DNA from: Macrostomum hystrix
Lineage: Eukaryota > Animalia > Platyhelminthes
DNA: 64,000 nucleotides
NCBI GenBank assembly: GCA_950097015.1
Contig: CATNEN010000003.1
Coordinates: 16,058,001-16,122,000, forward strand
Direction of reading: 5' to 3'
The notes beneath the pieces were generated by a model that ran no database searches, was not told the origin of the DNA, and saw only the letters and a list, made by a program, of their open reading frames with translations. A program made the position numbers and the translations under genes. Positions 36,226 through 48,723 of this stretch are shown piece by piece (within the stretch, counting starts at the first letter, position 1; each line of letters starts with the position of its first letter).

Positions 36226-38760
36226 TCCAACTATACTAAATCTCTAAAGTCTGTCTGTCTGTCTGTCTGTGGAATTTCGATACACAGGCTAAATGCCTCA
36301 ACCAAATTTGATCGCGTTTTTTGCTAAACATGCCAAATTTTACTGGCATGAGACCTTGAAAATTTCGTTAGTCTGCTTCAATGCTAAAAATATTAAATAT
36401 TCGAAAAACGAGTTTTCCTATTGCTTTTAATAGGAGGCCAAACAAGGTTAAATTAGAATAGGGCCGGACACTGTCAGTTTTATTAGATTGCATCGGTGCT
36501 TTTTCTCGCCCGCGCGTGCATTGGTATAGCACAGAACAGGGCCCGATACTCTCAATTGAATAGGATTGCGTCACTGCTTTTCGACCCGTACGTACGTTTA
36601 TAAATTTGTCTCTTGGCTGATCGAGTGATTTGATTTGAATACGCAAAACGTACATATCAGATTTCATGATTGGGCTTTTATGATGCTCAATGCTAGCGAG
36701 ACCTCTCTTCCTCCTTTCTATCCATAAAACTGCAGCCTTTCTATTGTCAAACCTTGTCTCGACTTCGATCATTGTGCCGCTTTCTTTTCATCTAGCTCCG
36801 AAGTAAAGTACTTTAATGCTTTTGTAGAATGCAGGTAGAATTTCAGCATCGGTTTTGTTACTGCTTCTTTTTCTTCTAATCTTCTAATCATCAGCAGTTA
36901 AAAACGTAAGTTCCTATTTATTTGTACTTTTTGGGCATTTTTGGTTCGAGTATAAATAGTAAGCGATTTTGGTTAGCTACTGTCGAAGCAGATATTTGTT
37001 AGCTTTATTATTCCTGTACTCCCTTTCAGAAAATAGTATAAGTTTTTTCGAGTATCGGGAATTCGATAATAAAACTAAGGAAATATTTTTGTGCATAGCT
37101 GCAGGCGATATCACAATTGAGAACTGCAAGAAAAAAATATTGAGCGCAGCTAAGAGCGTAAATTATTTCAAATTTTTTTTGAGCATTGTTTAAAGCGTTA
37201 TTCTATCAAAAAAATAGCTTATTTAATAATAATAATTATAAAACTTTATTCGACGAACACTGATCGAAACCGTTTTCTAAAGTGCTCAACGATTTTCTAA
37301 ATGTGTCCAACGATTTTCTAAATGTGTTTAACAGTTTTCTAAATGTATCTACCGTGCCACATGTAACAGGAGATGTAACAGGAGATATTTGTTGCCTTCT
37401 GGGCTGAGTAAAACGATGGACACATCGTTTCTATGCTATTTGGGGGCAATGGTTTCCTGTCAAAGAAAAAGGGCAAACATTTCTTGCTGCGAGTTTGGTA
37501 GCCTGCAAGTAGCCTCCATTCTGGTATTATGGAGGTTCTCTTCTGTTTGGAGAACATTAGTTCTCTGCTGCTGGGGGAATTAGTCCTCTGCTGCTGGGGG
37601 AATTAGTTCTCTGCTGCTCGGGAAATTAGTTCTCTGCTGCTGGGGAAATTAGTTCTCTGCTGCTGGGGGAATTAGTTCTCTGCTGCTCGGGAAATTAGTT
37701 CTCTGCTGCTGGGGAAATTAGTTCTCTGCTGCTGGAGGGGAATTAGTTCTCTGCTGCTGGGGAAATTAGTTCTCATGGCAAAACCAGCGTTTGAATCATG
37801 GCTAAACCAGAGTTTGAATCATGGCTAAACCAGAGTTTGAATCATGGCTAAACCAGCGTTTGAATCATGACCAACCAGAGTCTGAATCATGGCTAAACCA
37901 GAGTTTGAATCATGGCAAAATCAGAGTTTGAATCATGGCAAAACCAGAGTTTGAAACATAGCTAAACCAGAACTGGGGGATAATCGTCAACTGTGGGATA
38001 ATTGTAAACTGGGGAATCATTATCAAATTGGGGATCATGGTCAACTGGGGATCATTGTCAAATGGGGATCATCATCATTTGGGAGTCATCATCAAATGGG
38101 GGATCATGGTCAACTGGGAGATCATTGTCAACTGGGTGATCATCATCAACTGGGGGATCATTGTCAACTAGGGGGTAACATTGTCAACTGGGGATCATCA
38201 TCAATGGGGGATCATAGTCAACTGGGAGATAATTGTCAACTGGGTGATCATCATCAACTGGGGGATCATTGTAACCTGGGGATCAATGTCAACTGGGGCA
38301 TCATTGTCAACTGTGGGATCATTGTAAACTGGGGGATCAATGTCAACTGGGGGATCATTGTCAACTGGGTGATCATCATCAACTGGGGGATCATCATCAT
38401 CTGGGGGATCATTGTGAACTAGGGGATCGTTGTCAACTGGGGGATCATTGTCAACTGTGGGATCCTTGTCAACTGGGGGTTCATTGTCAACTATGGGATC
38501 TTTGTCAAGTGGGGGATCATTGTCAACTGGGTGATCATCATCAATTAGGGGATCATTGTCAACTGGGGAATCATTGTCGACTGGGGGATCATTGTCAACT
38601 GGGGGATCATTGTCAACTGGTTGATCATTGTCAACTGGTTGATCATTGTCAACTGGGGGATCATTGTAGCTTTAAAAAGCTGTAAATTCAGCTGCTAAAA
38701 AGTATATACTGGACGAATTAAAAATATTTCTGCTCCCCGAAGGGGGGCAAAACTTGCTAG
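36226..38760 (+). mobile_element. Non-autonomous chimeric Helitron H4
   Basis: 5' TCCAACTATACTAAA with (GTCT)n. Internal ~23-bp GAATTAGTTCTCTGCTGCTGGGG repeat (37555-37775), then the 23-bp and 18-bp satellites. The last ~90 bp, hairpin and CTAG match H1. Confidence 0.8.
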
Positions 38761-39494
38761 TCTATATAACTAAAGATGAAAACTATCTATATATATATAT
38801 GTATGCGCGATCGATTTTCTCAAAAACGGCTTAACCGATTTTCACTATTTCTTCACCAAAAGATGCCAAATATGGGGACAATTATACACGTATTTTTATT
38901 AAGCTTAACTTTATTGCTAAGGGGATTAAATATTCGAAAAACTGTTTTAGATAGGATTTTTAATGCATTCAATCAGAGCCAGTTTTGTCAACGTGCATAC
39001 CACTGCCAATTTTTATGATTGCATCAGGGCCAGTTTTGTTAAAAGTGAAATCTGGCGGCAGAATTTCACTGTGTCAAATGTACATAGCTGTGTCAACCCC
39101 ACTGTACCTTTTCTGGCCTGCCCCGGCCTGTTTGGCTGACTATAACAATTGAATTGAGGCGTGTGTACCTGCCTACCCCCTTTGAACCAGCCTTGAACCT
39201 TTCCTGCCTGCCAATTGAATTGAGATTACATCATGCATTCTGTCTAGGCGGTGTACACCTGCATGCATTACTGAATTATAGTGCACGCTAAGAACGGTAT
39301 TCTCTCAAACCCCAAAGCCCAAAGCTGTTATACTAGCTACAGTCTGAATTGGGCTGATTTGTTAACAATTCGCCTTCCTATAAATTCTAGCATCTTCTCA
39401 CCTGTTGATCCGCCCCCTTTTCTTGCAAGCTCAAATCTGATTATTCTGAGTCATCAAATATCTGATACACACTAGCATCCTTATTTTGGAAGTG

Positions 39495-42400
39495 ATGGGT
39501 CGACGTGGCGCCAGCCATTTAAAAAAGAGTCGCGAGGCTAAGAAAAAGCGACGAGAAGAGTCAGGTGCTGAACGAGAGGCGCGTCTAGCAGCACAACGGC
39601 AGCGCGAAGCCGAGCGCCGAGCCTCTGAGGCGGACGTGGACAGAGCTGCGCGGCTTGAGGATTTGCGGCAGCGAGAGGCCGAGCGCCGGGCCTCCGAGAC
39701 GGACGCCGACAGAGCTGCGCGGCTTGAGGATTTGCGGCAGCGAGAGGCCGAGCGCCGGGCCTCCGAGACGGACGCCGACAGAGCTGCGCGGCTTGAGGAT
39801 TTGCGGCAGCGAGAGGCCGAGCGCCGGGCCTCCGAGACGGACGCCGACAGAGCTGCGCGGCTTGAGGATTTGCGGCAGCGAGAGGCCGAGCGCCGGGCCT
39901 CCGAGACGGACGCCGACAGGGCTGCTCGGCTAGAAGGGATGCGGCAGCGAGACGCCGACCGCAGGGCTTCTGAAACCGACTTGGAGCGCCAAGCTCGTCT
40001 GGATGCCGAGCTGTTACGTCGCCGTCGCTTGTCATTTTCGACGTGAGTTTAATTCGTTATTACATATATATTGGAATCAAATTACTGGAATCAAAGAAGT
40101 CCTGATGGAATCAAAGAATCAAAGAACTCAAATAATTTCTGCTGGGATCAATTAATTAGTGCTAGCAGCAAATGCATTAATGCTGGGATCAAGGAATTAA
40201 TGCCCGGATCACTGAATTAATGCTTTAATTAATTACTTACCTCTGGTATCAACTTATTACCGCTGGGATAAATTAATAACCGCTGGGATTGACTATTTAC
40301 CACTGGGATCCCGCATTTACCGCTGTGATCGATGTTTTACCACTGGGATTAATTAATTACAGCTGGGATTGATTACTTAATGATGGGATCAATTAAGAAA
40401 CGATTTCAGCGCTAGGAATGACCGCTGGGATCAGAAAATGTATGCTGGGATTAAGTTATTTTTATGTGATCAATGTACTACCGCTATAATTGTTTTTGAC
40501 CGCTGGGATCAATTACTTACGGCTAGGATTAATGAATGAATGAATCACTCGTAATTGGTTGAAGCATTTTAACTGGAATTTTAACATGTTTTTCCTTCAC
40601 TGCATTTTCACTTTCTAGGTATGAAAACGCAGAGCAAGCTTTGGTTCCGCTAAATGCCTTTCAAATAATTCGCATAATCGGTGATGGAAACTGTTTTTTC
40701 CATGCCGTTTGTGATCAGTTGCGAGGCACCCCGCTAGAAACTGATGCAGCTTCACTGCGGCGCACTTTGTCAAGCCGTGCAACTGAACTGATGCCAGAAT
40801 TAGTGGCTGAAGGCTTTGTACTGCCGGAAGATGCAGACGCCATTGTAAATGCATCTTTTACTGAGGGAACTTATGTGCCAAATGAAATTGTACCTCTCCT
40901 AAGTCGCTGCTTTCAAGTGGACCTGGTTGTTTACCAAGGTAATGGCAATGTATTGCAAATATGTAGATCCTCTGTGCAGCCTCCTATTGCAGTTGTTTGC
41001 GTGCTTCTCAACAATGAGCACTATGAGTCGCTCAGACTTCGAGACCCACTGCATGGAGCAGAGCCTATTGAGGATTCAGAGTTCCCCACTCCTGCTGCAA
41101 GCAGAACACCTGCCAGCAGGACCAAAGTCAACTGGCGCAAGAGACCCGCTGATTCAACTCGGGGTCCTGCTGCTGCTGGCGGCCTCTCTGGCCGTGGTGC
41201 AGGACAAAGTTCGAGTTTTCATGGTCTCCCACATCCAGATGTGGAGACTCACGCCGACAACAGCTCCGGAGCTCAGCAAAGGTAGTTTATGGGCTGGATT
41301 CTTTGGATTATGGGTGGAGCCTGGTGTGCCTGATACTTTGGCTTCCTGCATCAGACCTGGTCCCTTGGTTAATGGTTTCGCGAGGTAGGAGCCACTGTTA
41401 ATCACTGCGCGTATAACAATATACTGTCGCATACACTACTTTGTTGGACGCTTCCCATTACCGGTTGTACACTTACTATTACCAATAAAGGGCTATACAA
41501 AATGGTACCAATATTGTGACCATTGATAATATTGTATTGCCACAGTGTCCCTGTAGCTCATGCAAGCTACCTTGGTCTTTAACAGCCCGATCGTTTTGAA
41601 GCCATCGTGCTGATCAATTATTGAAGAGCAGCAGCTGATTCCATTCGCAGGCGAGCGGCGGCGGCGGCGGCGGTTGCAGCGCATTCAGCCGGCCGGATGG
41701 CCTGGGCATGCGACAAGTGCGGCGCGTTGCGCTGGAAGCTGGAGGCGCCGGGAATCTGCTGCAGCGGCGGCAAAGTCCAACTGCCGCTGCCGAATGTGCC
41801 AGAGGAGCTGCGGCTACTCTACACGGGCGAGCATGAGAAGAGCAGTGCCTTCCTAAGCAACATCAGGAAGTACAATGCAGCGCTGCACATGACTTCCTTC
41901 GGCGTGAATTACAGAGTTCTTCCCGGTGGCTGCATGAATGTGGTGATTAACGGCCAAATCCATCACAGAATCGGCAGCCTGCTTCCGAGTGAAGATCGGG
42001 GAGCTCAGTTTGTCCAGATTTTCTTCTGCGACTCCGAGTTGGAGACCAGGATGGCCATGGTCCAGGACCTGGACCGTCACCTACTGGAACTGCTGCAGAA
42101 TATTCTGCACCGGGAAAACTCCTATGTGCGGAGCTTCAAGGCTGCAATCGAGCGGCTCAGGGACGACCCCGCACTGCAGGGGGCGACTCTGGTGATTCGA
42201 GCTGATCGGAGGCCCGCTGGTGAACACGCGAGGTGAGCAGAGAGGTCATTCTCATCTATCATTTTGTCTTAGGCTATTTCTGTATTTATCTTAGCATTTA
42301 TCTTTTTGAGTTCTCTAATTTCTCTCCCCTTTTACTTTCTCACTCCACTCTCTTGCCATTTTGTCATTCTGATAGTCGTGATGTCTTTTTCCACATTCTT

Positions 42401-45400
42401 CATTGTGTATCATGTACTTTAGAGCTGTTGTATAATTTTGAATACACTCATGTGTTTCGTCAGTACTTTGCAATTGGAACAAAGGCGGTTAATTTTGTAC
42501 CTATGTATAGGCTTCTGTGCTTCTGCATGGACAGTGTGTGTACATGCCTCTTTTTCTCCATTGACGTGCTGCTCTGCTCCCCAATTCCCAGACGATTCAA
42601 CCTGCCAAGCACCAGCGAGGTCGGCGTTGTGTGCGACGCCATTGGTGATGACAGCGAAGGAACAATTGCCAGACGAGACATTGTGCTACACCTGCGAGGA
42701 GGCGGGATTCAGTCAATTGATGAGACCCACCGCTCCTACGACCCGCTGGAGTACGTCCTGATTCATCCGTGCGGTGAGGATGGCTGGCATCTGGGCCTCA
42801 CAATGACCAACAACCGCAAGCTGTCACCAAAGGCCATGTACTCCCATCAGCTCATGGTGCGGCCTGGCGTGTTCAATGCGCTGCACTACGGCAGGCGGCT
42901 GTTCCAGCAGTACATTGTGGACCAGGCAGCCAAGATTGAAGCTGAACGGCTCAGCTACCTGAAGTCTCATCAGGATGAGCTGCTCTCTGACACCTACAGC
43001 GGGCTGAAGGATGCGATGGTAGCCGCTGACGGTGACCCTGAGTGGGTCAACAAGGTGGGCAAGCGCGTCATCCTGAGCTCCAGCTTTGTTGGTGGCCCGC
43101 GCTATCGGAGGGAGCGCCAGCAAGATGCGATGGCCTACGTGCTGAATTTCGGCCGACCGGACCTGTTCATCACAATGACAGCCAACCCTGCGTGGGAGGA
43201 GATCACGCAGGAGCTGCTGCCCGGCCAGAGCTCGGCTGATCGGCCGGATCTGACAATGCGGGTCTTTGATCTCAAGAGGAAGGCCCTGCTGCAGCGGCTC
43301 ACGAAAGTATTTGGCGTGCAGGTGGCCCACGTGTGCTCATTGGAGTTTCAGAAGCGTGGTGAGTTCTGAATGTTGCTGGCGTCACAGGCAAGTCTTCTTT
43401 TTCAATTCAAGGGGCTATTCGATATATAATTGTTTAAATTTACCATACAAATTTATACTTTGTACATATTTTAATCACGGACCTGTGTTTCAAAATCGAG
43501 ATGCTGCAACACATGCTCTTTCAAATATACTTTTCTGCTAAATTAATTTCAAGTATTTCTAATGGCGGGTTAGAAGCGTTTGGGCCTATTCTATGTAGTA
43601 TATTGACTGCTTGAAATAACTGGGATGCAATTTTCAGTTCACATATTTTATCGGTGCACTTTCGACACTGACACCCTGACCACATTACCATCACAGGTCT
43701 GCCGCATGTTCACATCCTGCTGTGGCTGGCACAGCACGACCGGATCACGCCCGAGCGCTATGATGAGGTGGTGTGCGCGGAGATTCCCAGCGCCGAGGAG
43801 AATCCAGAGCTGCACAAGCTGGTGGTGGACAACATGATGCATGGACCATGCGGAGAGCTGAATCCCCGATGCGTCTGCATGAAGAATGGAGTCTGCAGTA
43901 AGGCCTTTCCCAAGAACTACCAGGTGGCTACTGTAGTCAATGACTCCGGCTATCCATTCTACCGTCGACGATCTCCTGCCATGGGTGGTCACGTGGGCAA
44001 GAAGTGTCTGCGAGGAAAGGAAGTCCCAATGGATAACCGGTAAGTGAAAGCTTCAACTGTATATGGGCGGTGGGTTCATGCCGCCTGTTATATGTCAACA
44101 ACATTATAGGAGTTGTGGTCCAAATAGTTTTGATATGCGTCTAGGTAGACGTGTAGCCTATTCAATGGATTTTGCATGCAGCAGTTGCAGAAAAAGCTGG
44201 TGAGTAAGGGAAGTGACTGAAAGTATGCTTAGCATGGGTATCTCGTCCATTACATGTACGGGAATATTAAGCATTCATATACAGAATTATAGGCACTCAT
44301 AAATGCCAATGACTTTGATTTCCTCAAGGTCATTAGTTTTTTATTTGAAGTGTGAAAGTTATTGTGAAGTTTGCTACATTAGTTCACCATGGAATCTTTT
44401 TTCAAGTTGGAGGGGAATCAAATTGAAGGCCTATATTGCCACCAATTAGGCTTGACTGGACTTGAATTTACTTGAATTCGTAAACTGTAGTTGCATCCTT
44501 TTTACTTTCTATTTTGTCACGCAGGTTCGTCGTGCCGTTCAACCCACTGCTGCTGGCCGAGTTCCGATGCCATCTGAACGTGGAGGTTTGCGCCACCGTC
44601 AAGGCCATCAAGTACGTGGTGAAGTACCTGAACAAAGGATCCGACATGGCCGTTATCGAACTGACGCCCGAGCAGCGAGAGCAGATCAAGTGGGATGAAA
44701 TTGCGGCCTACTTGCTAACTCGGTATCTCGGCCCACATGAAGGCGCCCAGATCATTTTCGGCTTGGGCGTTCACAGCCGCTCTCCACCAGTACTTCAGCT
44801 GTGTGTGCATCTGAGTGGTGAAAACCGAGTGATCTTCACTAAGCAGACGGCAGCAACGACAGCCGCAAGACCACCGCGCAGCATGCTAACAGCATTTTTC
44901 GAGCTGTGCCGAACAGACGAATTTGCTCGCACCCTGCTCTACACGGAGCTGCCGCGACACTTTGTCTGGCACGCAGGTGCAAAGGAATGGCAGCGAGCCA
45001 AGATTGGAGCACCTGTGCAAGGCCATGCTGGTGTTCGACAGCGTGACAGCATTGGCCGGATGTACACCGTCAGTCCTCGAGCTGGTGACGTGTTCTACCT
45101 GCGGCTGGCTCTGCTACGTGTTCGTGGACCGGTGAGCTATGAGTCTCTACGCACAGTTGACGGCGTCTTGCATCCGGATTTCAAGGAAACCTGCAGGGCT
45201 CTCGGCCTGCTGGAGGACGACGAGCACTGGCGACTCTGCATGGAGGAGGCAACTGAGACGCAAATGCCAGCTGCTCTTCGGTGTCTCTTCTCAGTCATTC
45301 TGGTGCACGGAAACCCAAGCGATATTAACAACCTGTGGTCTCGCTTTCGTCTGGTCATGGGCGAGGATTTTGCCCATCGCGAGTCAGCGGAAGAAGCTTG

Positions 45401-47167
45401 GGTAGCGAACCGAGTTCTCCAAGATCTGGCAAAGCGTTTGGAGGCCATGGGAAGCAGACTATCACAGTTCGGCCTGCCAGAACCCTATCAGCATGCAGAG
45501 CAGGAGGCCGCTGAGGGTAGCTTTGTTGAGCAGCGCGAGCAGCAGCTGACCAATGAACAGCGGGAAATTTACGATGCCGTACGGAACAGTCTGCAAGGTG
45601 GTACAGGTGGCCTTCACTTCATTGACGCCGCTGGTGGAACTGGCAAGAGCTTCTTGCTGGAGCTTCTGCTTGCGTACGTGAGATCTCGAGGAGAGACTGC
45701 ATTGGCCGTTGCAAGCACCGGAATTGCAGCTACATTGCTCCCTGGCGGTCGGACGGCTCACTCAGCATTCAAAATTCCGCTGTCAGTTGTGAAGGAAAGC
45801 AGCGGCCGCTGTGACATCAAAAGACAGAGCGCATTGGCAGAGAAACTGCGCAATACCCAACTGATTGTGTGGGACGAGGCTGCAATGGTGCACCGAAAGA
45901 TTCTTGAGGCCGTCGATCGCAGTCTAAGAGATGTCATCGCTGATAGGCCATTTGGTGGCCTCACTGTTGTGCTGGCTGGAGACTTCCGCCAGTTGCTGGC
46001 TGTCATCAAGGGCGGCACGGCAGCCAACACGATTCAGGCGAGCATCAAGAGGAGTGCAGTCTGGGCAGAGTTTCGGCAGCACCGGCTCACTGGCAACCTG
46101 CGGCTCCAGACAGACTCTGCAGCTTTGCGCTACGCCGAGTTTTTGCTGCAGGTTTGTCAATTGATCATATTTTTAAAATTATCAAAAATTTTAAAAATGA
46201 ATTTCCATCCTTGAAAATTTGATGCCCAATTCTTTGCAATAGAAATCGAAAGCACGTGAAGAATTGGTTATATTCTGTCTTGGCCACGGCTGTTTTACTG
46301 ACATTTACTTTGTCATTCATAACTCATAACGAATTTCTATATTTTGCCATTCTGCGATTTCATTTACGCAATATTTTCCATCTTCATATCCTTAATTCGC
46401 AGGTCGGCGAGGGTCGCCTGCCAGAAGACAGCCAAGGCAACGTGGAACTTCCGGCTGAAATTTGCATGCCAGAAGGAGCGGAGACAAGTCAACTGATCCA
46501 GCACGTGTTCCCCAGCTTCGAGGAATCTGAGGAGCGTGATGGCATGTTCGAGTCGAGAGCAATTCTAGCACCTCACAACCAGACAGTTGACGATATCAAC
46601 GCCCTGTGCCTGGCGATGTTTCCGGGAGATGTCGTCGAGTATCACTCATTCGACAGCATTCCGAACGACGAAGATGCATCAACGCAGTTTCCCGTGGAAG
46701 CGCTGAACTCGCTAGACCCGCCGGGATTGCCTCCGCATCGGCTGGAGCTCAAAGTCGGGGTGCCTGTCATGCTGCTCAGGAATCTGAACGCCCCACGGCT
46801 GTGCAACGGAACTCGGCTGATCGTTACAAAGCTGGACAAGAACGTTCTGGTAGCGCGGATCGCTGCTGGGGCTTTCAAGGGCGAGCCGGTTCTCCTGCCG
46901 AGAATTCCGCTGGAGCCCAACATCGAAGATTTGCCGGTGAAATTCCGCAGACTACAGTTCCCGGTGCGCCCATGCTTTGCGATTACGATACACAAGAGCC
47001 AGGGCCAGAGCTTGGACTTCTTCGGCGTGCATTTGCGACTCTCGTGCTTTCAGCATGGCCAGCTGTACGTTGCGCTGAGCCGTGCAAGAGACCCTGGGCA
47101 TGTCAAGATTCTGGTGCCTGGAAGAAGAACTCTAAATGTTGTTTTGAAAGCAGTTCTGTCTGACTAG
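39495..47167 (+). CDS. Helitron RepHel transposase, ~1764 aa (23-aa repeats, OTU cysteine protease, Zn finger, HUH/Y2 Rep, PIF1 helicase); exons 39495-40042, 40619-41281, 41651-42232, 42592-43358, 43697-44039, 44525-46151, 46403-47167
   Basis: OTU: GDGNCFFHAV..HYESL. Zn finger: CDKCGALRW..CCSGGKV. Rep: PDLFITMTANP, EFQKRG|LPHVHIL (HUH), KYVVKYLNKG (Y2). Helicase: AAGGTGKS, IVWDEAAM, GDFRQ, MLLRNL..LCNGTRL, QFPVRPCFAITIHKSQGQS, HGQLYVALSR. Splice phases are consistent; total 5295 nt. Confidence 0.93.
39570..40000 (+). repeat. 69-bp coding tandem repeat (ETDADRAARLEDLRQREAERRAS)
   Basis: About six units, the central ones identical, in exon 1 of RepHel. Confidence 0.92.
40619..41281 (+). CDS. 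OTU-family cysteine protease (deubiquitinase-like) exon of the Helitron
   Basis: IIRIIGDGNCFFHAVCDQL (D/C box) and VLLNNEHYESL (H box). Confidence 0.85.
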
Positions 47168-47989
47168 AAACCTGATGAGCTAACACTCTGTATTATTTAA
47201 AGTTAGGACTCATTCTCCTTGACATGTGTCATGATAGTCACTGGTATCTGACCTCCTGTATAAAGTCTAACTTTAGTTGTATAGAAGAATATTCGAGTAG
47301 AAGACTTGCAATGGAAAAGACAGAAATATTCCTATATCAACATGCTTCAAGATATTTATCTGTAGAAAGTGAAAAGTAACAAATTCAGATATTTGAAAAC
47401 AACAAATATATCAGTTCATGTTGATTAAATGGTTAATAGAACGCAGAGCTTTATACAGGGCGTCACTTGTCCAGTCCACTTTTGTAATGGCGTAGCCTGA
47501 GCATTTATCATGCGGTTGCATTTCTCTCCGGATCTTTCTGAAGGAGACAGCTCAGGTTGATAAGCGTGATTTCATTATGTTCTGCGTAGTGCAGCGCCAG
47601 TCTAAGATGCATTGACATCTCTCTTTCTTAGCAAAAGGTTTACCTTTTCTGGCGTTCGAAATCACGCCGGCTAGACACTAAATTGCACAATCCTTAGTTG
47701 AGGATTTTGAGCTTAGCCGAGAGAACGGCTCTGTCACTTTACTGTTTGAGTGATGGAGCACTTGTCCACAGAGCCTCGTCCACTCTGTGTGTCAAACGTT
47801 CTACTTTGGGGAGCTCTGTCTAGCCATGAGCATCAGAATGATGCGGGTTCGAACAGTCATTGGGACCTTGTAATACTCCATTTGACGATTTTGTGCACGA
47901 GTCTTGTGCTTGCAACTTTTTGGTAGTCGGAGAGTAGCTCCATAATAATTATAGGCAAAATTAACTACACAAGACGATTGTACGACCTA

Positions 47990-48110
47990 TAACGAATGTA
48001 TGTCTTATTGCGACTGTATGACCTATTGTGAATGTATGACCTATTGCGACTGTATGACCTATTGTGAATGTATGACCTATTACCAATGCATGACCTACAT
48101 GTATAACGAC
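47990..48110 (+). repeat. Short 18-bp tandem repeat (TATGACCTATTGYGAMTG)
   Basis: About five units between the two convergent Helitron genes. Confidence 0.75.
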
Positions 48111-48723
48111 TGTATGAAGAACATTTTAACTCTCGTTCAAATTCTGTTGGGTCAACCATTGGGCTGCATTAGCCAGACTCGCCCAGATATATGAAAAAAA
48201 ACTTTTTTAATGTTTTTAATGATTCAGATTGGCAGACTACATATTTTGAAACTTTGTACCTATACTGCAACTGGGCACGCTCCCACGCTGATACTTCTTG
48301 AAAAAAGGAAATGCAGTTACGCATTTCTGATGTACGCCTCGTAGATAGGTAATAGTAATAAGTTAATTCGCTCAGTTTCTCACGAACATTTATTACAATT
48401 CGTAAATAAAGCATCGCATGTAAGTCAGGAAGACAACACCATTTATCCATCACTGCCATTTATCAATTGTGATTCTCAATTGCACTCATTTCATTTTTTT
48501 GCACTTCAGTGACACTAGCAGTTCACAAAAACTATTTTTCACTGCTCTAAAAAATTCATAGTTCCACCACTCATGCGGAGAATTGAAATTAAAATCGTTA
48601 AGTTGTCAAATCGCCAATGCTCGAGAGTTGCTCCACATCCTTCATCAGTCGCCGTGATTCGCTCAGTCTTTGATTTGAATGTCATTGATTGGTTGATTGG
48701 TCCAGCGCGGGTCCATTGTTGGC

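Noticed and set aside
47460-47945. Possible third cargo gene in the Helitron
   Set aside because: Only short ORFs with stops in the frames checked, and no recognisable motif.
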